NCBI GenBank assembly: GCA_016839705.1
Contig: JAEOTR010000006.1
Coordinates: 32,001 to 96,000, forward strand
Direction: 5' to 3'
Length of the DNA stretch: 64,000 nucleotides
Source: Promethearchaeota archaeon
Lineage (GTDB): Archaea > Asgardarchaeota > Lokiarchaeia > Sigyniarchaeales > SOKP01
Part shown: positions 10,955-20,590 of the stretch, one piece after another
How the letters are laid out: every line of letters begins with the position of its first letter
Numbering within the stretch: position 1 is the first letter of the stretch
Position numbers and translations under genes: made by a program
Notes under the pieces: model-generated
Seen by the model: the letters and a program-made list of their open reading frames with translations, nothing else
What the model was told of the DNA's origin: nothing
Databases searched by the model: none

Positions 10955-11072
10955 TCATTTATTATTAATTATATATCTAATTTAAAAGTAAATAATTAAG
11001 ATATTATCTTGTATTAACCTTAAATCCATTTTAACTTCTTTAAATTTAGCTAATTAAAAAAAAGAAAGAGAA

Positions 11073-11159
11073 TTAATAAAGATCTTTTATATCAAATTCA
11101 AAGTTGAAATCCTTCAATATTTCTTCTATTGGGTACGCGTTTTCTGGATTCCAATCCAC
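11073..11159 (-). pseudogene. Relic of the 3' end of an aor paralog
   Basis: Translates VDWNPENAYPIEEILKDFNFEFDIKDLY*, versus the AOR C-terminus MGWNPESAYPLEETLKDLNLGFVITDLY*. The downstream flank is also similar. Confidence 0.8.
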
Positions 11160-11358
11160 TAAATATGCAGACCCTAACAAAGAATTCACCAGAAACTACT
11201 CTAAATAGAATCCCTATAAAAAAATATCTACAGCTTTTTGAATTGGCTATTTCTTAATGAGGTAATAATGGTCCTAAATAAACTGTGGATTCTTTGTTAA
11301 ATTTAAATACAAATTTAAATTACTAAATACTGGTAAATAAAACTAAAATCTACAAAAA

Positions 11359-12846
11359 GTGAAAAAAAAAATGAAAAAAACTAAAATAATTACAATTTCA
11401 ATCTTAGGATTGCTATTATTAGTTCCATTTATGACACCTACAGTAGCTGCACCTGCCTCCTATGTTCCTGTGGCAGAAGAAGAAACTTATCTATGGGAGT
11501 TAAGTCAATATAACACTAATTTTGCTCAATTCTTCGCAGACAATATGAGCGATGTGATAGCTACAATCTTTAGCCAACCGATAATTTGGCAAATAATTAC
11601 AGTTTATACTGGTTGGAGCTGGGACAGTATTACACCCCAATCATCTTGGCCTCTTACTGTTAAAGCCATTTTACCTGAAAATACTAGTACATTTCTTCTT
11701 CCTGACTATTTTATCCCAGATAATATAACTCATACACCAGTCTATTTGGGTAGTGGATATAATGTTCTCCATTACCCAGCAGCTAGTACCTTCTACGACG
11801 ATACCTGGTATATAGTAAATGATACAGCTAGTTTTGCGAAACAAAGTTTATTTGGGGGGACGGCAACTTCTCCCTATATGATAATGGGCGTTCCATTTGG
11901 ACCTAAGAATATAAACTGGACCGAATTTGTTGCGGTGGCTAATGGGGGAATGGGTGGTGGCTACTGGACAGGGGATGCTGTAAATACTACAGTAACTGCT
12001 TTATCTGATGGATATTCATTGTCTGTACCTATCTCTGGTTATGGAAGTAATACCCTACCTATAACTATAAATGTTTCCTATAATGCAAATAGCATTCTTG
12101 ATAACTACACATTTCAATATGGAGCCCTTACGCTTTTCTACTATGAACTAGTTTCATATGAAGCTGATGGTGTAAATCCAGTAACAACTTCTCCAAGTGA
12201 TTTTGCCGTTGCTCATGACTACACTGGGGAAAGTATTTCATGGACCGCAACAGATGCAAATCCTGGTAATTACACAATAAAGCGCGATGCTATCACCGTT
12301 GTAACACCAACTCCATGGGCAAGTGGTACGCCAGTTACTTACAATATTACGGATGGGTTAGCAGAAGGTGCTTCTTATACATTTGAAATCACTTTTTCAG
12401 ATGCATATGGGAATTCTGTATCTGATTCAGTAGTGATGACTGTAACCGTTCCTGATACAACGGACCCTGTTATAACAAGCGCTCCGAGCGATTTAGTTGT
12501 TGCACACGGTTATACAGGACAAAGTCTTTCGTGGACGGCAACAGATGCGAATCCTGGTACTTATGTTATAAAATGTAATGGAACACTTGTCGTTGTACCA
12601 GCAACTGCGTGGATAAGTGGTACACCAGTTACTTACAATATTCCGGATGGATATGAACCAAGTGTTACTACATATGAAATTACTTTTTCAGATGTTATTG
12701 GGAATAATGTATCTGATTCAGCTACACTAACTGTAAATCCCGCAACAACACCCCCTGGCATTCCAGGATATGAGCCTTTAATAGTCATAGGTATCACCGG
12801 TATTGCGTCTATTTGTTTAATAATCTTTAAAAAGAAAAAGAGATAA
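11359..12846 (+). CDS. Cell-surface protein with two Ig-like repeats and an IPGY-TM-basic sorting signal
   Basis: Signal peptide, two ~96-aa repeats (SWTATDANPGxY...EITFSDxxGNxVSDS) and C-terminus PGIPGYEPLIVIG...FKKKKR. Confidence 0.85.
   Translation: MKKKMKKTKIITISILGLLLLVPFMTPTVAAPASYVPVAEEETYLWELSQYNTNFAQFFADNMSDVIATIFSQPIIWQIITVYTGWSWDSITPQSSWPLTVKAILPENTSTFLLPDYFIPDNITHTPVYLGSGYNVLHYPAASTFYDDTWYIVNDTASFAKQSLFGGTATSPYMIMGVPFGPKNINWTEFVAVANGGMGGGYWTGDAVNTTVTALSDGYSLSVPISGYGSNTLPITINVSYNANSILDNYTFQYGALTLFYYELVSYEADGVNPVTTSPSDFAVAHDYTGESISWTATDANPGNYTIKRDAITVVTPTPWASGTPVTYNITDGLAEGASYTFEITFSDAYGNSVSDSVVMTVTVPDTTDPVITSAPSDLVVAHGYTGQSLSWTATDANPGTYVIKCNGTLVVVPATAWISGTPVTYNIPDGYEPSVTTYEITFSDVIGNNVSDSATLTVNPATTPPGIPGYEPLIVIGITGIASICLIIFKKKKR
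12166..12741 (+). repeat. Tandem intragenic duplication (two ~288-bp units) encoding Ig-like domains
   Basis: Shared DNA blocks, e.g. tggac(c/g)gcaacagatgc(a/g)aatcctggta, ccagttacttacaatatt and gtatctgattcag. Confidence 0.85.
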
Positions 12847-13025
12847 GTAGTAAACTTAAAATCTAAATTTATTATTTTTTTTGATTTTTTTTATCTTAAC
12901 TTGAAAATTGGTTTAGTTTAAATTTTTAATATTTTAGTATTTTATTATTGAATTCTTATTTCTTTTCATCTATTTAAGAGATTTTTTTTAGCTGATTTCA
13001 ATTGAACATATATAATATAGTAAAA

Positions 13026-14357
13026 TTATAAAAAACGATCTAGGGTTCTTTGAGTTTTAATATAGTTAATTAACTTGCTACCCTTTTTCCAATGTTTAAA
13101 CTCTACAATAAACCCTTCAGTCATTTTGCTGATTGCATCCTTGAAATTGTCTAATTTGGTAGGTTCGCTTGTCCACATCGCATTATTTACAGTCTCTCTT
13201 ATAACCCAAACGCCTAATGGAACAACATACCCTCCAGAAACTTCTCTAAATATGAGAATTCTTGCTTGCTTTTTTATTTTATACAGATACTCACACACTG
13301 ACTTTCTTGCAGCATAATAGGCTCCAGTTATATTACTTGCATAATTTTTTCTCCCTCCGTAAAATTCAAAGTCAGTCATTATCTGTGGTTTTAAACTACG
13401 AGTATTTCCATCAAGAGAAACATTCCATAAAGTATTAGGTGCCCACACTTCATTCATTTCATACATAAACTTCCCAGGGAATAAAAGTATCTTGAAATGG
13501 TTGTCAAGATAAGTAGCTTCAAAAATCTGATAATCATCAATTTCAGGAAACTTCTTAATTTCTTTAATCAAGCCTTTTGATATGATATCATCAACAGCGG
13601 TTATTGTCCAACGAGTAGGTACAATTCTACGCCTTTTTTCTTCACCAAGCAATCCTGCTGAGAAGATTCTTTTTATCGTAGATTCAGGCACATTCCCTTT
13701 GAAATAAAGGTGTTCTGAGACAGCTTCAGTTGCTTTTAGATCTATATCTGATACGCAGTAGTCGACTTGGGGATGCACCTTAGTATTTTCTGTTATGGTT
13801 ATTTTCTCTGTCATGCCAGAAGGTCCCATTGGTAAAGAATGATTATCCATCATCAGGTGTAAATTCATTTTTGATAATTTTGTTTCCGTATCTACGGGTT
13901 GTGCTGCCATTGATAACTCTTGAGATGTTTCTAGAAGTTTTTGAATTTTTAATGAAGGTGTAGTTTTTGGATTCTTGCGACCAATGAACACATTTGTTTT
14001 AAAGTTGCTTCTAACTAGACTGCTTCTATAGCGTATTATATCAACCATCTTTTTCCCAAACCATAGTTCTGGAGCATCAAGGATGTGATAATCTGAGATA
14101 TCAAGCCCCGTTTCAAATTCCTGGTAAGGTACTAATGGTCCTAAATATACATTTGGATAACTAAAGTGTCCTACAAAGAATCCCGGAGGACTTGCCCCAA
14201 AAATCTCGACATTTCTCTGAGTTTTGTCAATCTCGAAAGGAACCATCGATTTTAATACTGATTTCTTTAATAAAATAGGGCACGTTTTTTTCCCGCATAA
14301 CAATCTCCCTCCTTTACAACGAAGGCAAATGTTCTTTTCTGTTTGAGGTCTGACCAA
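13026..14357 (-). CDS. nreA: Archaeal Nre DNA repair protein
   Basis: CLRCKGGRLLCGKKTCP, VPTRWTITAVDD, PLGVWVIRE and a C-terminal PIP box QRTLDRFL. Confidence 0.92.
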   Translation of the reverse strand: MVRPQTEKNICLRCKGGRLLCGKKTCPILLKKSVLKSMVPFEIDKTQRNVEIFGASPPGFFVGHFSYPNVYLGPLVPYQEFETGLDISDYHILDAPELWFGKKMVDIIRYRSSLVRSNFKTNVFIGRKNPKTTPSLKIQKLLETSQELSMAAQPVDTETKLSKMNLHLMMDNHSLPMGPSGMTEKITITENTKVHPQVDYCVSDIDLKATEAVSEHLYFKGNVPESTIKRIFSAGLLGEEKRRRIVPTRWTITAVDDIISKGLIKEIKKFPEIDDYQIFEATYLDNHFKILLFPGKFMYEMNEVWAPNTLWNVSLDGNTRSLKPQIMTDFEFYGGRKNYASNITGAYYAARKSVCEYLYKIKKQARILIFREVSGGYVVPLGVWVIRETVNNAMWTSEPTKLDNFKDAISKMTEGFIVEFKHWKKGSKLINYIKTQRTLDRFL

Positions 14358-14538
14358 CTGATTTTCTCTTGAATCTTTTTATACTACTCAAAAATAATTA
14401 ATATCTCTTATTATAAAAAGAAAAGAAGAGTATAAATTTTTAATATTTATAATAAAGAACCAATAAAGCAAGAGAAAAATGTGCTATATTTTAAATTCTA
14501 AAATTAATAACGAAATTATTGAGTAGAGAAAATATTGT

Positions 14539-15114
14539 TTAAGGTATACTGTCATAATCTAAACTATGATAATCCATTATTTTTTTTGCTATTTGTTTAA
14601 AACTATAGAGGATATTGCTATTCTCTTTTGAAGAGGTTTTTATATAATCTTTTTCATTGTGATTTTGAAGGAATTGTTGAATAATATATGAAGCAACTTT
14701 ATAATTTTTGTCAACACCCCGCGCTAAGTCATACTTAGTTCCAACAAGCACCTTGGGACGATCTTGAAGGTTATATTGCACTAAATTATCATACCACCAA
14801 TCTAATTTAAAAAGAGTTTCTATTTTGAGTAGGTCAAAAACCAAAAAGATTCCACTTGCACCTGAAATATAATATCCAAATAATGATTTAAATTGCTCTT
14901 GACCTCCAAAATCCCATATTGAAAGACGAGCAAAAGAATCATCACCTTTAACTACAATAGGAATATCATATGTATAAAAATCTATACCAACAGTAAGTTT
15001 GGTGTCAGCATTAAATGTGTTGAAGCACAACCTCCTAGCCATGCAAGTTTTTCCTACACCACCACTACCAACTAAGCAGATTTTAAATACATATTTTAAT
15101 TGTTTGTCTTCCAT
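14539..15114 (-). CDS. Rab-like Ras-superfamily small GTPase (eukaryotic signature protein)
   Basis: GSGGVGKT, TVGIDF, WDFGGQE, GTKYD and TSSK (G1-G5); no C-terminal prenylation Cys. Confidence 0.92.
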   Translation of the reverse strand: MEDKQLKYVFKICLVGSGGVGKTCMARRLCFNTFNADTKLTVGIDFYTYDIPIVVKGDDSFARLSIWDFGGQEQFKSLFGYYISGASGIFLVFDLLKIETLFKLDWWYDNLVQYNLQDRPKVLVGTKYDLARGVDKNYKVASYIIQQFLQNHNEKDYIKTSSKENSNILYSFKQIAKKIMDYHSLDYDSIP

Positions 15115-15291
15115 AATTGTCCCCTACGCTAACCGTTTTAATATAAATTTTCAAATGAAAATAGAATTTTTAATATAATTCAATAGAAAAAACGCTTTTA
15201 TTTATATCTTTGATATTTAAAATTGACTGTATTATTCTGTTTTTGAATGAAAATATTTGGTGTTTATTAAATTTTGTAATAATAGGAAGCA

Positions 15292-15882
15292 TTATAATTT
15301 TCTACATAATAATTCTCCTTTCCCTATAGGAACTATAAGTGCATCTACTCGATCATCACTTAAAGCTTTTTCCAACATAGGCTTTAAAGTTTCGTAATGA
15401 TTAATTGCATTATCGGCTATAAGAATTCCTCCTTTAACCAAGTTAGGAATTACCATGTCATAACACTCACCATAGACCTCTTTTTCAGCGTCTAAAAAAC
15501 AGAAAGAAATATCAGTATAATTTTTTAAATAATTCCTAGCGTCACCTGAGATTAATTCAATGTAATCCTCCATATCAGTTTCCTTAAATGTCTCTTTTGC
15601 TAATTTCACTTTATCTTCCAATAATTCAAAAGTAGTAATTGTAGTTCCTTTTAATTTGCACGCAAAAGCTATCCATAACGTCGAGTAACCTGCACTCGTT
15701 CCAATTTCAATAAACTTCCCCTCAGGCGCGGATGCTGCTAAGATTGAAATGAATTTTCCTGTTTCAGGTGGAATTTGGCGTAACCTCTTTAAACGTGGAG
15801 TTCCATCATTCCTATCCTTTGAATCAAGATCCTCAAGAAATTTCATTCTTTTTGTGATACTTTCTGGTACATTATGAAACAT
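15292..15882 (-). CDS. SAM-dependent O-methyltransferase
   Basis: [16 protein letters not shown] and GGILIADN. Confidence 0.9.
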   Translation of the reverse strand: MFHNVPESITKRMKFLEDLDSKDRNDGTPRLKRLRQIPPETGKFISILAASAPEGKFIEIGTSAGYSTLWIAFACKLKGTTITTFELLEDKVKLAKETFKETDMEDYIELISGDARNYLKNYTDISFCFLDAEKEVYGECYDMVIPNLVKGGILIADNAINHYETLKPMLEKALSDDRVDALIVPIGKGELLCRKL

Positions 15883-15911
15883 TAATAATCCTCTTTTAAT
15901 TATTATACATC

Positions 15912-16802
15912 CTATCTTAAATCAGGTATTACATTCTCAGCTATTTTTGTTAGATTTTGGACGTTTTTGGATTCAAAGAAGGGAAAATAAATAATAAATT
16001 CATCAATTCCAATTTCAATATATTTATTTATTTCACATCTAAAATTCTCTTCTGAATCTAGAATTGTACGACCATGGCGGGTATAAAACATTAAAGAACG
16101 ACGTAGTGTATCTGGATTTCTATTAAGTTCTTTGCAATATTTATCTATCAACTCAACCCGTTTTTTAGTGTTTTCAAAAATCTTTTCTGCAGGAGCTCGC
16201 CAGTCTTCTGATCCAAACGAATTCCATGTATCCGCATACTTAGCTGCAACTTTCAGCATGGTGTTTCCCATCGCAGCAATGACCATTGGTGGTCGAGGTT
16301 TTTGAATTGTTGGCGGATTCATTGCAGCATTATCTAATTTATAATATTTTCCCTCATAACTGGAAACACTCTGACGCAGGAGCCTATCTATTATTTCTAC
16401 TTGATCTTTAAATCGATCAACTCGTTCTGAACCTTGCCAATCTTCAATCTTGAGCATGTTATGAACAGGATCTCTTCTACCACCTGTACCTAAGCCTATT
16501 TCTAATCTTCCATTAGATATATGGTCAACAGTAAGGGCTTGTCGTGCTAACACAGCCGGTCTGCGTAATGGCATTGAAGTCACCAATGTTCCAAGTCTTA
16601 CTCGTTCAGTAACAACAGCGAGAGAAGCTAAAAGTGTCCAAGATTCAAACCAGTTCCCGGTATGATTTACGGGATCTGTAAAGTGATCTCCTAACCATAT
16701 ACTATCAAACCCCAAACTCTCAATTAATCTCCATCGTTTGACTTCCTTTTCCCAAGGAAGGATCTGACTCGTAAATACTCCAAATCGAATTTTATTCCCC
16801 AT
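15912..16802 (-). CDS. LLM-class (probably F420-dependent) oxidoreductase
   Basis: [30 protein letters not shown] and AAKYADTWN. Confidence 0.9.
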   Translation of the reverse strand: MGNKIRFGVFTSQILPWEKEVKRWRLIESLGFDSIWLGDHFTDPVNHTGNWFESWTLLASLAVVTERVRLGTLVTSMPLRRPAVLARQALTVDHISNGRLEIGLGTGGRRDPVHNMLKIEDWQGSERVDRFKDQVEIIDRLLRQSVSSYEGKYYKLDNAAMNPPTIQKPRPPMVIAAMGNTMLKVAAKYADTWNSFGSEDWRAPAEKIFENTKKRVELIDKYCKELNRNPDTLRRSLMFYTRHGRTILDSEENFRCEINKYIEIGIDEFIIYFPFFESKNVQNLTKIAENVIPDLR

Positions 16803-16973
16803 TTTAAATTCCTTTAATGTTTTAATTTGATTTATATAACATCATTTCAATGAAAAGTTTTTACTTTTAGTGACCCCTCCCTTCCTTTTTAAAAGACGTA
16901 AAACAATAATTACTACTTCGATTTAAATAATAAGATAAAATTTTAGTAAAAAATGCAAGATAGGTGTTAATTA

Positions 16974-17228
16974 GTGGGGTATATCAAAGAAACTGCTGAT
17001 GTAGTAAAGGACTCGTTAAAAGGGTTTACTAGCAAGAAAAAATTTAAAAAGTTAATAGATAATATGATCTTCGCGATAGAAACTAATACCGTGAGTAAAT
17101 ACTTTTTTTATAAATATAGGATTTTAGAAGAATTAGCATCATTTATTACTTTAAAAAAAGATAGAGATAAAGATTATTTAAGAAAATATGAAAGAGTGAA
17201 ACATTACTATAAAGAACACTTTTATTAA
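16974..17228 (+). CDS. Small hypothetical protein
   Basis: 84-aa ORF preceded by an AGGTG SD-like sequence. Confidence 0.55.
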   Translation: MGYIKETADVVKDSLKGFTSKKKFKKLIDNMIFAIETNTVSKYFFYKYRILEELASFITLKKDRDKDYLRKYERVKHYYKEHFY

Positions 17229-17259
17229 CTTGCCAATTAGACGTAAAACTTATTATCTC

Positions 17260-18372
17260 TTAACTATGAGTTAATATCTCCATTAAAGCTCTAGGAATTT
17301 CTTTATAATCGGTTACAGCATAAAATTTTCCTCTCCCTGCATCTGCTATCTCTCGACATGTTTTAATCCCTTGAGCAGCATCATTTTCAGCCGGCATACC
17401 AATGACATGCAACTTTGGAAAGAGCTTTGCGATTTCAATTGGATTCTTTCCTCTATTAAATACACCATCCGAGATTAAAATGCCGAACCGACTTTTCCTC
17501 TCTTCTCTTGTTTTATTCAATTCGCTTAATCCTTTTTCAAGACCTAATTGAATATTAGTAAAACCAACTGCTTCTGAATCTAAGATATCATCTATGATTT
17601 TAAGAGTTGTTTTTTTTTGGTTGATTTTTTTTAATGTCATCGCTGTTGAATTGAATAAAACGATAGCATAATCTTCTTTTTCCATATTATATGCTAAAAC
17701 CGAGGTCGTAAGGGCTGCATTCAATAAAAGACGACCATACATACTCCCACTTGTATCCAATATTAGCACTATTTTTCTTTTCTGTCGTTTCCTTACAATC
17801 CCAAAGATATCTTTATAGCTTAAATTTTTATCATGAATCTTTAGGGGATTATGTTGGATTGTCTCATCCAAACTAAATTCAGGCATTCCAATTTGATAAT
17901 AGGGTACTGATCTTTTAAATTGGCCTCTTATCCCTTTACTAGTTATCTTTAGTGATAACTTTAATATGCTCTGACGAGCGAGACGTCTAAAAATTGCCTT
18001 ATACTTTGGAGATATTGGACGCCTGATAAAAAAATAAACTTCTGGCATAAAATCTCCTTGATTTTTAACCTTTTCAGAGAGAAATCTTACTCCGTCTTCA
18101 GTATCCAAAATGTCAGTTGCTGCGTAAACATTTGCTTTTAGAAGTCCCATTACTGCATCCAAGTTGTCGGAGGCTATCGCTAACTGAGTTAACCTTTTAA
18201 TTGTTTTATAATCAAGAGTATCGGCAAGGTGTTTGTAATATTCAGGTTTTTTCCTTTTTTTTCTCGCTATCTCATATTCTAATACATCTTCATTTTGCCT
18301 ACTTTCCGTAAGTCTAACATGCAGTTTTTTCTCAATCTCCTCGGATCCCTCCGCAGAGAAATCATCGATTAT
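17260..18372 (-). CDS. vWA-domain protein (MoxR partner); true frame extends 70 codons upstream of the track's TTG 18162
   Basis: MIDAS motif DTSGSM, FTNI, and ISDG. The frame is open up to ATA at 18372, which overlaps the MoxR stop. Confidence 0.82.
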   Translation of the reverse strand: MIDDFSAEGSEEIEKKLHVRLTESRQNEDVLEYEIARKKRKKPEYYKHLADTLDYKTIKRLTQLAIASDNLDAVMGLLKANVYAATDILDTEDGVRFLSEKVKNQGDFMPEVYFFIRRPISPKYKAIFRRLARQSILKLSLKITSKGIRGQFKRSVPYYQIGMPEFSLDETIQHNPLKIHDKNLSYKDIFGIVRKRQKRKIVLILDTSGSMYGRLLLNAALTTSVLAYNMEKEDYAIVLFNSTAMTLKKINQKKTTLKIIDDILDSEAVGFTNIQLGLEKGLSELNKTREERKSRFGILISDGVFNRGKNPIEIAKLFPKLHVIGMPAENDAAQGIKTCREIADAGRGKFYAVTDYKEIPRALMEILTHS

Positions 18373-19241
18373 TGAAAATCTGATTTATTCAACACAGCTA
18401 AAACAATACTAGTAATAACTTCTTTTTTTGATTGAGTTAATCCATCTTCCAATTCGATTTTATTATGTAGTGACATCACTGCAGCTTCGATCCAATTGCT
18501 TGAGCTATCAGAATTATTATATTGGTTTATTAATGTGGCTAAATCAATAGCACCTCTAATTGAACTCCCTCTTCGGATTGAAATTGTCTCTCTAGTGGCT
18601 TGTATAATATTCTGAGATATTTTCGTTATTTTTTCCGAATTTACATTCGCTTCCTGTTTGATTATTTGAATTTCTTCTTCTGGACTTTGATAATCTAAAT
18701 TAATCCAGATGAAGCGATCAATTAAAGCCTCACCTAAAACAGTAACTCCAACATGAGCAGCAGGATTTTGAGTGGCAACTACAAAAAAATCTTTATGAGC
18801 TTTAATTGTATCTAATTTAGGGATTTCGAGTATACCCTCGTCTAGAGCAGTTAACAAGGAATTTTGTGTATTTTCTGGCATTCTATTAATTTCATTTATA
18901 AATAAGCATCCACCATTAAGCATTGCTAAAGCTAAAGGGCCATATTTGTAAGAATCTTCGTTATATCCTTTCGCAATTACGAGAGGAGGTTCATAATAAC
19001 CAACAAGATTATGCGGGAGTAACTCTTCACTACAATCGACTCTATAAAAACTAGAATCATCAGAACCATAAAATTTGGTTATAGCCCTAGCCAGCGTAGT
19101 TTTTCCGACACCTACATTCCCTTCTAATAAGATATTCTTACCTACTGAATGAGCTAACACAATTTGTTTTAGTTCTTCTGTTCGACCTATGATTTTAAAT
19201 TTCTTTTGTATTTCTGACACTAAGCTGGTCGTATCAACCAT
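18369..19241 (-). CDS. MoxR-family AAA+ ATPase
   Basis: IIGR, GNVGVGKT, FINEINR (Walker B variant), ATQNP, and DRF. Confidence 0.92.
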   Translation of the reverse strand: MVDTTSLVSEIQKKFKIIGRTEELKQIVLAHSVGKNILLEGNVGVGKTTLARAITKFYGSDDSSFYRVDCSEELLPHNLVGYYEPPLVIAKGYNEDSYKYGPLALAMLNGGCLFINEINRMPENTQNSLLTALDEGILEIPKLDTIKAHKDFFVVATQNPAAHVGVTVLGEALIDRFIWINLDYQSPEEEIQIIKQEANVNSEKITKISQNIIQATRETISIRRGSSIRGAIDLATLINQYNNSDSSSNWIEAAVMSLHNKIELEDGLTQSKKEVITSIVLAVLNKSDFQ

Positions 19242-19359
19242 ATTTTTTAGAATTAATCCTTTCTAAAATAATTTTAGTTTATGAGATAATAGACTAAGAC
19301 ATAAATTCAGAATTAACTTATACTTACATAGGGTAAAAATTAAGAAAGATAAAAAAAAT

Positions 19360-20286
19360 TTAATCTAAAGAAAGTTTAGTTTGATTTTCTCCTTCTAGCT
19401 CCATTAGTAAAATAGAACTTGTACGTTTCCATAATTTCAATGAAATAACACCAATTGAAATTAGTATACTTGGATAAATTATTATTTCTAGCAAAGTAGG
19501 ATTTGCGTTATAACCAAATAATGCTTTTAACAGCGATCCAATAATTTCAAGCCATTCTGGGGTTAATGGATTACCATCAGGAAATTTTTCAGGTAAAATA
19601 TGTTTAATATTCCATACTTCTTGGATGATTGGATTTACTACTCCCGCCTCTATTAATTCATGGATTCCGTATGTGATTAAGCCAGCTACAAACAATATAA
19701 AAATAATATTTGTTACTTTGAAAAACTTGGCTAAATTAATATTTTTCACCCCATAATAAATTAATAATCCTAAACCAACCGAAAAACTAAGACCTGTTAA
19801 AGAACTTAATATGACATCTACCTGATTCAGAGAGCCAACAGAGGTTGCTCCTGTGAGCAGAAGGACTAATTCTATTCCTTCACGAATAATAATTATGTAG
19901 GTAAGTATTGCTATTGATATAACTCTTCCAGACTCAATTGAAAACTCAACTTTTTCTTCAAGATGTTTCTTCATTTTAGGTCCCTCCTTGCTCATCCATA
20001 ACACTAAAGTCACCACAAAAATTCCAGATATAATGAAAGCAATGCCTTCAAAGATTTGCTCTGCTGGACCAGAAAATCCTCCAAATACAGTTGTAAATAC
20101 AATCGCAAAGAAAATACTTGAAATGATAGCTAACGTACTTCCAATAAAGACATACTTATAATAAAATCGTTGATCAGTATTTTTTAAATATAAGAGTATT
20201 ATAACTATTACTAATACTGCTTCTATTCCTTCTCGAAACGCCAGAAAAATTGGAACCATTAGATCTACAATTGACATAAAAATCAT
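19360..20286 (-). CDS. FTR1/EfeU-family iron permease
   Basis: Two REGxE motifs (FREGIEA, IREGIEL) and about 7 TM helices. Confidence 0.92.
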   Translation of the reverse strand: MIFMSIVDLMVPIFLAFREGIEAVLVIVIILLYLKNTDQRFYYKYVFIGSTLAIISSIFFAIVFTTVFGGFSGPAEQIFEGIAFIISGIFVVTLVLWMSKEGPKMKKHLEEKVEFSIESGRVISIAILTYIIIIREGIELVLLLTGATSVGSLNQVDVILSSLTGLSFSVGLGLLIYYGVKNINLAKFFKVTNIIFILFVAGLITYGIHELIEAGVVNPIIQEVWNIKHILPEKFPDGNPLTPEWLEIIGSLLKALFGYNANPTLLEIIIYPSILISIGVISLKLWKRTSSILLMELEGENQTKLSLD

Positions 20287-20346
20287 CTTTTAACTATATT
20301 TTTTATAATTTTTCATGTTGAACCTATTATTTTTCTTATTTAAACG

Positions 20347-20360
20347 TTAGGGTTATCTAA
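20347..20360. promoter_or_regulatory. DtxR/MntR-family-like operator TTAGGGTTATCTAA upstream of the iron permease
   Basis: TTAG-N6-CTAA inverted repeat resembling TTAGGTTAACCTAA, about 60 nt upstream of an iron-uptake gene. Confidence 0.5.
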
Positions 20361-20590
20361 TATTAACAAGATTTTCTCCTAAAATGTGATGGATCTAAAT
20401 TAATTCTCAGAATATTAAGATTATAAGATCAAATTTAAATAATTTTCTATAAGATTTACCTGAAAAAGCCTAGTAAATAAACATAAAGAGAGGAATGATT
20501 AAAAATTCCTCTTTCTAGCTCCTTTTTTGAATTTATTTTGCTGTTCGACCAGATTAAAGGTTTTTAAACCTTGAAACAGAAATATTAATT

